The notes: generated by a model from the sequence alone, not told the origin. DNA of 40,373 nt from Octopus bimaculoides (GCF_001194135.2 NC_068983.1:57600294-57640666); one strand, 5' to 3'; positions 1 through 11,106 are shown, numbered from the stretch's first letter. A program made the numbers and translations.

Positions 1-28
1 TTTAAGCTTTGTCCCTATACCATAATGG

Positions 29-97
<69 letters not shown>

Positions 98-98
98 T

Positions 99-215
99 TA
101 TGTTTGACTTTTGTTTTGCATTTGTACAAGTTGGATCCAAGTCTCACCCAGAGACCTCAAGAGACAACAAGTTAGAAGTTCACGTAGGTGTTATACCTAG
201 GGTACCATATATTTG
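99..215 (-). mobile_element. Probable 3' UTR end of a non-LTR retrotransposon ending in (TAA)n
   Basis: Unique 115-bp segment between two ATT arrays. The minus strand ends ...aaagtcaaacataaaataataataat, a LINE-like 3' end running into TAA repeats. No coding remnant is visible. Confidence 0.5.
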
Positions 216-240
216 GATTATTATTATTATTATCATTATT

Positions 241-410
241 AATGCCTTTTCAGAACTTCTAACACCAGAGATGGACTACGGTTCCAGCTGTTCCCTACCA
301 GTGAACTAAGGTAACAACCCTTATTTCTCGACCACCTTCCCGAGTATTCGAGCAGTTCCAAGCAGTGCTCTTTTCTCCAGTTGCCCCTATTTGTTCCATA
401 TTTTTATTAT
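241..410 (-). mobile_element. 3' end of an R4/Dong-like RLE non-LTR retrotransposon
   Basis: Minus strand 386-321 translates GQLEKRALLGTARILGKVVEK*, matching the typical C-terminus QKxALLGTARILRxVL. An 80-nt UTR and (TAA)n follow. Confidence 0.8.
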
Positions 411-421
411 TATTGTTGTTG

Positions 422-491
<70 letters not shown>

Positions 492-494
492 TAA

Positions 495-554
<60 letters not shown>

Positions 555-1069
555 CATTATCATTTGTTTGATATAATTATTATTATCATTGTTATTATTA
601 TTTGTTTGGTATAATCATTATTATTATTAGTATTGTTATGAATATTATTATTATTATCATTATTATTATTATCATCATCATCATCATCATCATCATCAGC
701 ATTATTATTATCATTATTATTGTTATTTCTGTCTTTTAAATGAAATACTCAAAGTTGAAAGCAATACAAAAAGAGAAAATGAGAATGATGACCTCTCTAG
801 TAAAAATAATAATTACATTAAAAATCACAACAATGACAACAATGACACTATTGACGCTGAAGCTGATGCTGGTGATGACATACGTTGCAATCATGATGGC
901 AAAGTGGATTCTAAAATATGGTTAATTTAATTAATTCAAAACAACTACAAAAGATTCAATAGTCTATTTTAAAATATTTAAAAATAAAAACGAAACTACA
1001 TTAAAAGCTATGTAAATATCTTATATCAAAGCATTTCTATGAATAAATGTGCTCATAATAATAAAAATT

Positions 1070-1363
1070 TTTGTGATCTGACATTTTGTCCAATGCCACT
1101 TCGTCTCCAACGTCACTACATCAATGTCTTTTAGTCCGACGTCTTTTTGTCCGATGATTTTTTGTGCAACAAATTTTTGTCTAAATTTAAATAAACTCCT
1201 TAAAAAACAAGGTGAACATTAAAGTCAAATAGTCATTGAGAATTTTATTGATAAGATTTGACCTTGGACAAAAAAAAAATCGTTTGACATAAAGGGGTTG
1301 GACCAAAAGGTGTGGACCAAAAGACGTTTGACAAAGTGACTTTGGATAAAAAGACCTAGCACC
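1070..1363. mobile_element. Foldback/MITE-like element with subrepeat-rich degenerate TIRs
   Basis: Left arm has repeated ttttgtcc motifs and right arm has the inverse ggacaaaa/ggaccaaaag motifs. The ends align in inverted orientation. Possible 9-bp TSD ataaaaatt/ataaagatt. Confidence 0.55.
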
Positions 1364-1486
1364 ATAAAGATTACCAGATTTCCACTGCCTTTATCAATAA
1401 TTCTATATTTTTCGAAAACATTTGCTTCTTCAAATGTAATGAATGTATATGTGAGTGTTTGTGTGTGTACGTGCACACACTGTGTG

Positions 1487-1760
1487 TGGAACTACAAACT
1501 GGTACTACGACAAAGAAGGTCACAATTGATACAATCAACGGGGACTGCCGGCTCGTGAAATTAACATGCAAGTGGATGATCACTGCACAGACATGTGTAC
1601 CCTTAAAATAGTTCTGGGGAAGATTCAGCGTGACACAGAAAGCGACAAGGCTGAGTCTTTGAATTACAGGTACTACTCATTTTTGCAAGCTGAGTGAACT
1701 GGAGGAACGTGAAATAAAGTGTCTTGTTCAAGGACACAATGTAACAGCAGGAATTGAACC
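1487..1760 (-). mobile_element. tRNA-derived SINE, family C with tail type 1, 5' truncated
   Basis: Homologous to 9804-10126. Has the B-box remnant ggttcaattcc and the conserved block acactttatttcacgtt..ccagttcactcagc. Confidence 0.85.
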
Positions 1761-1912
1761 AGGTTCGAAATTCCCCCAAGACACCTGATGAAGGCTGGAG
1801 AGTACATCAACCAAATTGCTGTGTCAACAACAAACAAGACGAGGACAAATATCCGTCAAATGTTAATAATGTAAATAATGTACATAATTCTTCGTTTCTC
1901 CAATATAGAACA
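1756..1912 (+). mobile_element. Penelope-like terminal segment with a degenerate hammerhead motif at 1780-1825
   Basis: gacac-ctgatga-a-ggctg...caacc-aaattgct-gtgtc. Helix I (gacac/gtgtc) is intact and the GAAAC core is mutated. Homologous to 16034-16098. Confidence 0.65.
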
Positions 1913-3582
1913 GTAAATTAGTTTACATATGAAAAAATCAAAGAATACCGAAGTAAGCAATCCCCACAAACTATGAATACACAAACTCTTTTCCAGTTTA
2001 CAAGCATGAAGGACAATCCAGATTAACGAGACTGAGATAGAAGAAATTCACAATCGAGCATAATATATGTGCATTATATATGGATGTATTCACACAAACA
2101 TTGTATTAAATATATTGTGAGTTAGAAACCTGGGTTTCTCATTTTGCAAAAATAATTTCGGCAAGTTGCAGAAAGATTGCAGCAAACACCGAGTAATTCT
2201 AACCATATCATTATTTCCTTACGTTTTCATTGCCTTTTGTTTGTAGTTTATAGGGGACTCTGGTTTGTGTAGCAGGATAAATATTATTTTAAGTGATATA
2301 AAACAAACAGCTGTGTTTGTATTATATATGGAGTAATATATCAGAGAAATATAAAATTATAATTGATGCGTTATATGAATCAGTTGCTGAAAGTAATTTA
2401 AACAGTAATTCATGTTATATGAAACAGCGTCACGTGTTAGTACAAAAGATTAGGTTATATAAATATGTTCAAAGTCAAACGTTATACATATGTTTGGGTA
2501 TCAATTTCCATTAAGTGATTCCAGCATAGAGACCATATTATACAGGATGCTTTTGAATACAATACCTGTCAGAATGACACGGAAAAAGGGAAAAATAATC
2601 GTATTTTTCGGGTACAGGCAGAAATATTTCCTGCTTGGGTATTAGTTCATCTAAGAGTGATTCTTAAACTGAGACCAGATCGATAAAGAGTCACATCCGA
2701 AATAGAAATTCGGTTGCTGCAAAAGACGAAGAAAGTTGTGTAGCGGTGAACTGCAAAGCCCCATTTTTTTGTGTGTTAGTAAGCTGCGTAAGTTGCAGTG
2801 GTTTATAGCTGTAAGTTATTTAAGCTGCAATGGATGGTAATTGTAAGCTGTAATGGCTTGTAATAGTGGTGTATGCTTGTATATTGATGTTGATATAACT
2901 GATTGAAGTTGCTTTGTCCGTATAAGTAAACGAAAAATATGTGAGCTTTATAGACGTAGTTATTTGTTGGTTGATGTAATGGCCAATGCGTTTATCATTG
3001 GCAGTAAAAGGACCACTGTAAACTTGTAATTTATTGCAAGTTTCAAGGTTAATGATTGTGCTGTAGGAAGAAACCGGAAACAATGCGTTGCTAAAGATTT
3101 TCATTGTTGGAAGGTTGATTTATCACGTCGTGTAAAAGATTGGGTGCTTATGTGGACTTATCCAAAATCTCCATCTCTATCCATTGAAGCATAAACTAGG
3201 CAGTATTATTACTCTCATCTGGTGGTGGGGGTCATTTGTGCTTCCTAGTGCCGTCATTTACCCTTAAGACCAAAGAAACAGTGGAATTTTCAGCATTTCA
3301 CAATATAACTAATGAGCCAACATTCAGCTCCAACACGTTTGAATTATTATGAAACACAGAATCTGCAACAAAACACATTTTGTTTCCAGTAGTAAAACAG
3401 GAATTGTATGAGTTAAACGATGTTGACTGAACTATGGACAATTTATGATGGAAGGAAGAAACAAAGCACATGACTCGAATGTCCTCTAAACTCGCTCAGT
3501 AAAATGTTCAAATTAATGTAATATTTTGTTTACCTATGATTAAATCATGCTGTTGATATCATAAAAGGATGAAATCTTTCTA

Positions 3583-4520
3583 TACGAGATGCATTCCAGA
3601 AGTTTGAGACTTTTTAAGAGTGGCATTAATAAATATCCTAGATTATAGTAATTTTAATATATCATTACTAAATAGTTGTCAAGCTTGTTTTTGTGCTTAT
3701 TTTTTATTTTCATTTTTTTATCGCTTGGCTTTTACATTATATTCTTTATCTTTATTTATCGTTATCCTCTGTAGATGATCAATCAAGTCCTATAAAGCAG
3801 GGGATACAGGGATAAATGCTACTGATGACTGACCAAAATGCTAATGAAATTATAGACAGCTGTCATGCATTTTAATTACTATGTTACTTTCGCTCTATTT
3901 GTTTGCCACACAAAATTGTCATTACTATATGTATAATGAGTTGACCTGCCAACACTTTTTAAATTCCAGACTAAAGGAGACGGATGTAAGAGCACTTTGA
4001 ACAACCCGATTAAAAACTGTTTGTCACCGTTGACAAGTTTTCAGAATGTGGTCGGGAGGTGAAGACAATTTGGAAGCTTGCTATGCAATACAGTTCTGTG
4101 TTAAACTGGGAAAAATTGCAATAGAAACTTGTGTACTGATCCAGACAGCCTGTGGGTTAATTTGTATGAGCCAGGCATCTGTGTTTTGCCGACACAAAAA
4201 AGATTCAATGACAGTAGAGAGGAGGTGAGAGAGGATGCAAGGTGTGGGAGGGAGAGGGGCCTCAAAACATCAAAGCTGGTTGAGAAAATAAACAATTTTT
4301 TGAATGAAAACCGTCGTGTGCCTATAAAGATAATAAGCATAGTTTAGTGTTGGAGAAGCAACTGTCTACAGAATAATTCACGAAGATCTAAATATGTGTA
4401 AAATTTGAGTAAAGTTTGTTCCCAGAATGCTCAGTGACAAACAGAAGGAAAAACATGTTGATGATAGCTGGGAGATGGTTGAGCTCATTACCTCCAATCC
4501 AAGAGCACTTGAGCTTATGA
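3583..4520 (+). mobile_element. Mariner (Tc1/mariner) transposase relic, N-terminal HTH region
   Basis: 4046-4510 gives, across frameshifts, YAIQFCVKLGK..ETC..MSQASVF / RFNDSREEVREDARCGR..VEKINNFLNENRR / FSVGEATVYRIIHEDLNMCKI*VKFVPRMLSDKQK, where FVPRML is a WVPHEL-type motif. A possible TIR after TA lies at 3583 (less certain). Confidence 0.85.
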
Positions 4521-4673
4521 TTCATTGTTAATAGAGTCCACCGTAGGTGTTGTTTACCTTTGTTTTTAAATGAGAAAAGAAAACAAATCTTTTAACATTG
4601 AAACGAGCGTGTAATGAACCCATCATTTCTTCTGGTAAACAAGCAAATCCTAGGCTCTTTAATGTCAATGAAA

Positions 4674-5040
4674 TTATTACCTCTGCCTTAGTGAAGGCGG
4701 AGGTATTGTTTTCAGTTGTGTTTGTTTGTTTGTCGTGGACAAGATATTTCAAGGACTACGGATGGATTCGGATGATACTTTCAGGAATGTTTGGCCTCAT
4801 TAATGGCACGAACTGCATAGGTTTTGGGATCGATCTGGTACCGGACAAGGATTCTGGATTATTTTTCCTGCTTTTTAACTTAATTTTTGAGAGCAGTTGG
4901 GTTCATTTATAGTAGTCTCGTTTGTGAGAGCAGTCGAGTTTATTTCATATATTCTCATTTTAAAAATCATCTCTGGCTAATTGTTGAGAGGATGTTGGTG
5001 TTGCTTTGGCAGAGGTTTGTGTTCTCTAAGTGCTCTTGTT
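4674..5040 (+). mobile_element. Non-autonomous Helentron-associated (DINE-1/HINE-like) element
   Basis: 5' ttattacctctgcc with hairpin acctctgcct/aggcggaggt, internal (GTTT)n, 3' subterminal inverted repeat ggcagaggt (5008-5016), ending gtgctcttgtt. Confidence 0.7.
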
Positions 5041-6121
5041 GATATTTATTCTTTGGACGAAGAGTTTACCATTACGTAAACAATGAGAGTGATGCAGACA
5101 ACCAAACTGGTGAAAGAGACGAGGAAAGTAGCCCATTTGGGTGAAGAAATACGGTGTGGAGAGAAAGTTCGATTATTGTCATTCTCCTTGTGCTGTGTAT
5201 CGAACTATTTTGATGGAACAGAAGAAACAAAACATATTCCTTGAATGTGTTCTAAACAATCTTGCTAAGTGAAATTCTGAAATGGTGTAATGTATTTGAC
5301 AATGGTTGTGTCATGCCCATGTCTTCCAAAAAGATTGAAATGGTGCTGTGGTTAAATTTGGATCTTTTGCATGAGGAGAACATATTAAAAGTGAAAGTAC
5401 CGTGCATCTTTTTCATTACTCTTCAACTTAAAACTTAAATGTCTCAACCCAGCACAAAAAAGGATTTATCACGGAATGATAATCTCTATTAAATAATGGA
5501 GATTATCAGCGCTGAACGTGTTCAAACTATTTTGGCTTTGAATCGTATTATAAATCCAAGCAAAAAGATAATAGCAAAAGAGATATATGTCCGAAGAAAA
5601 TGTCTTTAGTAACATAACGAAGAATAAACATAAATAGAATAGACGCTGAAATACATTATCTAGCCAGGAATGATAACACCAAAGTCTGCAAGTGAAAGTT
5701 GTTTGTAGTCTAGACTAAATGCAGATAGTAACTGCATTTAGAACTTTCTTACTGGCTAGGAATTTCTTGGAAGTAATTAATGTGTATGTATAATGCTTCT
5801 CTCTCACTTGCTGAACTATGGACAATTTATGGAAGAAAAACAGAAAAACAGACGTTCTTTGAGTATGTGCTAAACTAACTCGCTTCATATAATGTCTGCA
5901 TAAGTGAAAAATATATATATACCTATGGTTATGTTGCATTGATGATTCCAAAACAAGGGGGAAATATCAACACACATGACCACTAATGAATAATTATTGA
6001 ATACATATTTTCTGTGCATATTCTTCGTTACTCTTGAATATAAAAACTGAAACTTTCCACGCCATTATTTAGGATTTATCTACGAGTAATAATCCCCATT
6101 AATAATGTGATAAGAGTTCAA

Positions 6122-6466
6122 TGTGACCCCCACCATCTCTACGGTCATGAATGACCATGGGATTGCACCTCAAAAGTTCCCCTCCGAGGCACAAGTTCAG
6201 GCAAGGTTGTTTATAGAAGACCAGCAGTCGCCCATGCATACCAACCTCCCGTCTCCATGCCACTGATGTTATCCAAGGGAAAGGCAAAGGGGTCGATACA
6301 GCTTGGCACCAGTGATGTCGCAACTCATTTCTATAGCTGAGTTAACTGGTGCAACGTCAAATAAAGTGTCTTGCTCAAAAACATATCGCGCAGCCCGGTC
6401 TGAGAAGAGAATCGAACTCACTACCTGATGATTGTGAGTCCAATGCCATAACCACTGAGCCATGCG
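6122..6466 (-). mobile_element. tRNA-derived SINE, family C with tail type 2
   Basis: Reverse-complement homolog of 21443-21764. Has an A-box-like tggctcagtggtt, a B-box-like gagttcgattc and the shared central block. Confidence 0.85.
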
Positions 6467-6544
6467 CGCGCGCGTGTGTATGAGAGAGACATGGGGTAAC
6501 GGGGATTAACAAACTCAGGTAGAAAGCATTCTGTNNNNNNNNNN

Positions 6545-6610
<66 letters not shown>

Positions 6611-6625
6611 ACTCATACACACATA
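6545..6625. repeat. (CA)n microsatellite next to a 10-N gap
   Basis: Seen directly. Confidence 0.95.
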
Positions 6626-7157
6626 AAAAAACACTCATACATGCATAGATACACACATATACATAAACGGAATCCTACAGAATATTTTCAAAATATTTTC
6701 AACATTGCTTTTTTCTTTCTTTCTTTTCATTCATGGTGGAAAAAAAAATCTGTTGGACATCATTTTCTGCAGAACCTATTTAGAGAACAACGTTATATAA
6801 AAGAAGATGGTGGCAGCGCTGCATATATTAGGATGACATAAGCATAACAGTGATAAAAGAAAAAGAATTGCATGCAGAAAACTACTCTTGTATTTTGAAG
6901 GGTTGTATGGGTTCCTTAAATTTACTGCATAAAAAATGAATAGGATTAGGTTTAAAATAAAATGTTAAAAACACAATTCGTGCTAAGGTGTCAGTGAATA
7001 TGAAGTTGAAGCAATACAAAGTTGTTATGAGATAACCCAATGATAAAACGTGTAGGAGAATAATTTGGATCTTTGTATCATATGAAGTAAAATGCGATTA
7101 TATTGTGAATAGAATATAAGATAATAATATCCATGAGTGATAGGATATATATTCTGA

Positions 7158-7665
7158 AGGTGGCGAGCTGGCAGAAACGTTAGCACGCTGGGTGAAAAGC
7201 TTAGCGCTGCCGCTACGTTTTGAGTTCAAATTCCACCGACTTTGCATTTCATCCTTTCAGGGTCGATAAATTAAGTACTAGTTGCGTACTGGGGTCGATA
7301 TAATCAACTGAATCCGTTTATCTGTCCTTGTTTGTCCCCTCTGTGTGTAGCCCTTTGTGGGCAGTAAAGACATAAGAAACGTTAGCACGCTGGGCGAAAT
7401 GCTTAGCGGTGTTTCGTCTGTCTTTACATTCTGAATTCAAATTCCACCGAGGTCGACTTTGCCTTTTATCCTTTCGGTGCTTTTCTGTCTTTGTTTGTCC
7501 CCTCTATGTTTAGCCTCTTGTGGGCAATAAAGAAATAAGAAACGTTAGCGAAATGTTTAGCGGTATACTGGGCGAAATGTTTAGCGGTATACTGGGCGAA
7601 ATGTTTAGCGGTATACTGGGCGAAATGCTTAGCGGTATTTCGTGTCTTTATGTTCCGAGTTCATG
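7158..7665 (+). mobile_element. Three head-to-tail SINE copies (family B), the third with a 24-bp internal tandem repeat
   Basis: Repeated aaacgttagcacgctgg...gttcaaattccaccga...ctttgc...tttgtcccctct units at about 7158, 7376 and 7538. gcgaaatgtttagcggtatactgg repeats with period 24 (starts 7548, 7572, 7596, 7620). Confidence 0.85.
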
Positions 7666-8243
7666 ACCTACTCACAGATTTACACATACCAGCTAATGCT
7701 GTCGTAGCCACCGCAAATTGTCTCTTCCAGTGCATTGTTTATATTCTTCATCCTATGATCAACATGGTAAATACTATGTGCAGTAAATAAAACTTTTGTT
7801 AATTGTTCGAAAGTGTTTCTTTCTTATTTACACGTAGCCAAAAACCAAACAAAACCATCATTGAAGAACAATCACCCCACAGCAGAAGTTTAGAGTTTAG
7901 GTGCCAACCGTTTGTTACTGGGAGACGATGAAGAGATTTTCCCATAAACGCTGCCGACAGCATACTTTGGATCTGAAACTTCTGGGGTTTTATGAAGATT
8001 AAGAGATAAGGATCCAGATATATTTCGCTAAAGCAGTTGCAAATTTTCTTTCATAGCTATCCTAACTTTTATATGAATATTCTATTCTGCCTCAAGCTGA
8101 TTACATCACACGTTTATGTTAAATGTATGGCTTTCCCAAATATTAGAAAATATCCGCAAAAAACATGATTGTTCTTTCCTTTATACATAAACATACATTC
8201 ACATATATGAATATTGATACATATGCACACAATATATATGAAT

Positions 8244-8470
8244 GTGGTGAGCTGGCAAAAACATTAGCACGCTGGGTGAAATGCTTAGCGGTATTTTGTC
8301 TGTCTTTACATTCTGAGTTCAAATTCTGCCAAGGTCGACTTTGCCTTTCATCCTTTCGGAGTCGATTAAATAAGTACCAGTTACGCACTGGGATCGATGT
8401 AATAGACTTACTCCTGTCCTTGTTTGTCCCCTCTAGGGTTCGCCCCCTAGTAGGCAATAAAGAGATAAAT
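8244..8470 (+). mobile_element. SINE family B copy
   Basis: Full-length similarity to 7158-7375. Confidence 0.85.
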
Positions 8471-8887
8471 ATATATGAATGCTTCTATCTATTTATCTAT
8501 CTATTCATCCTATATATACACATGTTCTTTTATAGTGGTAATACATTTCCATCTTCAGTATCTAGCTCTTTACAAACTTTGTAGAAGAAAAATCTGATTA
8601 CTTCTAAAAATAGAGATATTTCTAAATCACTATGCTCAGCCTGAGTAAGTTGAGGGTCTGCCATTATTGTTTTCTGAAAAAATGCAGCAATGATCCAAAA
8701 AAAGGTTTGTCCTCAAATTTGACCAATCCAAGAAAAACCGTTAGCCAATCTGTTTATATGCTCAGCAATCCTAGTAGCTACAGAAAACTGGGGCTACTGA
8801 TTTGCATATTTTGTTACCACTTTATTTAATATCAGGGCTCTGAGCCCACGCAGTATGAAGGTATGATATAATATATGTAACCAATGC

Positions 8888-8955
8888 ATATACATACATA
8901 CATACATACTTACATACATACATACATACACATACATACATACATACATACATAC
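8888..8955. repeat. (TACA)n microsatellite
   Basis: Seen directly. Confidence 0.95.
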
Positions 8956-9385
8956 AGTTACGCTATCCAGATTACAAGTTCAGCTTTATACCAATAATTA
9001 TTGGGGCCCTGGGATGTATAGCACACTGTCTAAATAGCAATCTTGAGAAATTAGGTTTCTCAAAACCAGAAAGGGAAAAGCAGATTCGGAGACTACAGAT
9101 CCAATCCATCATTGGAACTGTAAATATATGTAAAACTTTCCAGAAGTTTATCATTTAAATATATATGAGCATGTCTAGATATGCAACTATATGCATGAGA
9201 TTACATACATAAAACAAAACAGACAAATCTGCACATACATACATACATAGAGACAGACAGACAGACAGAAAAAAATACCCTGTTGTCGGTGTTGAAACTG
9301 CAATAAAGGAGCCTTGGATCTAGGTTAGAACCTGACTCTTTCTCTATTGGCTAGAAATCTTGAAATAAAACTGAACAATGACATA
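8955..9385 (+). mobile_element. 5'-truncated RLE non-LTR retrotransposon (R4/Dong-like C-terminus plus 3' UTR), copy 1
   Basis: Open frame 8955-9158 reads QLRYPDYKFSFIPIIIGALGCIAHCLNSNLEKLGF...RRLQIQSIIGTVNICKTFQKFII*. PIIIGALG is typical of the RLE domain end. The UTR ends aaataaaactgaacaatg-acatacat. Confidence 0.8.
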
Positions 9386-9386
9386 C

Positions 9387-9745
9387 ATGTGTAACACACT
9401 GCCTAAATACCAATCTTGAGAAATTAAACTTCGCAAACCCAAAAGGAGAAAGCTAATTCGAAGACTACAGATTCAAGCCATCACTGGAACTGTAAAAATC
9501 TGTAAAACGTTTCAGATGTTTATCCTTTATGTATATATGAACATGTCTAGCTATGCAAGTATATGCTTGAGAATACATACATAAAGCAAAACATACAAAT
9601 ATGCACATATACATACATACATACAGAATTACCTTGCTGACGTTGAAATTCCAATGAAGGAGCTTTGGATCTAGGTTAGAAACCGATTCTTTCTCTGTAG
9701 GCAAGAAATTTTCAAATAAAACTGAATAATGTTATACATACATAT
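9387..9745 (+). mobile_element. Same RLE retrotransposon family, copy 2 (shorter, frameshifted)
   Basis: HCLNTNLEKLNF / RRLQIQAITGTVKICKTFQMF. The UTR is colinear with copy 1 and ends aaataaaactgaataatg-ttatacatacat. Confidence 0.8.
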
Positions 9746-9803
9746 ATACATAAGTAAGTGTGTGTATGTGCATATCTACATATGTATATGTATGTATACA
9801 ATT

Positions 9804-10126
9804 AAGGAGGACTCCATCGGTCATGCCGACTTGGGTGCCAATTGATACAATCAATGGAACAGCTTGCTCGTGAAGTCAACGTGCAAGTGACTGAGCACTC
9901 CTCAGACACATGTATCTTTAATGTAATTCTCAGGGAGATTTATCGTGACACAGAGGGTGACAAGGCTGGTCCTTTGAATTACAGGTACTACTCATTTTTG
10001 CCAGCTGAGTGGACTGGAGCAACATGAAATAAAATGTCTTGCTCAAGGACACAACACGTCACCAGGAATTGAACTCACGACCTTACAATCATGAACCAAT
10101 TTCCCTAATCACTAAGCCACGTGCCT
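9804..10126 (-). mobile_element. tRNA-derived SINE, family C with tail type 1, near full length
   Basis: The minus strand begins ggcacgtggcttagtgattagg and has B-box gagttcaattcc. Central block is shared with 1487-1760 and 6122-6466. Confidence 0.85.
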
Positions 10127-10444
10127 TCTATACAATTAACTATACAATAAATACTAAGTTAAAATGCTTACAAAACCTCATAATAAATAAACGAGTAGTT
10201 ACCACGAACCTTAATTTTTCATTTCCGCTGAGATTCCAAGAATAAATTCTTCTGTAACTCAAAGATTTGGTTCCATTCAATTGATTATGTCCTTCTATGA
10301 CAAATGCGTTCTCTTTCCAATAATGTAAGAAATCAATTTAAATACCTACCAATTAGCTCCGCTAATTCCTAACGATGTTTGCTGAGAAACGATCAGTTGT
10401 TAAAAGAAAACTATTTCCTGTCAACCAAGAATATCTTAACAAGA

Positions 10445-11106
10445 AATATTGGCTTTAAATTTTGGTTCGAGACCAGCAGTTTTGAGGAAGGGAGCTAGTT
10501 GATTACATCTACCCCAGTTCTCAATGAGTACTTCTTTTATCGACTCCACAAGGATGAATAGCAAAGTCGACATCTGCAGTATTTGAACTCAGAACATAAT
10601 TTGTGTACCAATGGTTCTGCCAGCTTGCCACCCTAAAATAATGAAATAATATTGGTTTCAAAGTTTGGCCCAACCCAGCAATTTTGGGGGTGGGGGTCAG
10701 TTGATTACATCAAACTTAGTTCTCAATTGATGCTTATTTTATTGACCCTGAATGGATGAGAAGTAAGTCGACGTTTACGGAATTTGAACTCAGAACATAA
10801 AGCCAGACAAAATTCTTAGCAGCATTTTGTCTGGTGTTCTAAAGGTTCTGCCAGTTTACCACCCTAAAATAAAGTAATATTAGTCTTAAATTTTGGTCCA
10901 GGGTTAGCAATTTTTTTTTTTTGTGGTGGTGGGGGGTCAGTCGATTACACCAAACTCAGTGCCAAACTAATATTTATTTTATCGACCTTGAATGGATGAA
11001 AGGCAATGTCAACATCTGTGGAATTTGAACTCAGAACGTAAAGTCAGAGGAAATGCCATTAAGCATTTTTCCTGGCATGCTAACAATTCTGCCAACTCAC
11101 CACCTT
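10445..11106 (-). mobile_element. Three tandem SINE family B copies (different tail subtype)
   Basis: Units at about 10445-10634, 10648-10865 and 10876-11106. Each runs from aatatt.g..t.aaa.tttgg to tttgaactcagaac...tctgcca..t..ccacc and is separated by short aaaata linkers. Confidence 0.85.

Larger units (their letters stand above)
27..730. repeat. Compound (ATT)n/(ATC)n microsatellite field with embedded retroelement ends
   Basis: Long ATT runs at about 27-98, 216-240 and 405-730, with ATC at about 670-700. Confidence 0.95.

Noticed and set aside
6423-6432. Other CTGATGA hits (6425, about 3824, 25435, 25689)
   Set aside because: They lie in a SINE head or in GAT repeats and lack a helix II plus GAAA.
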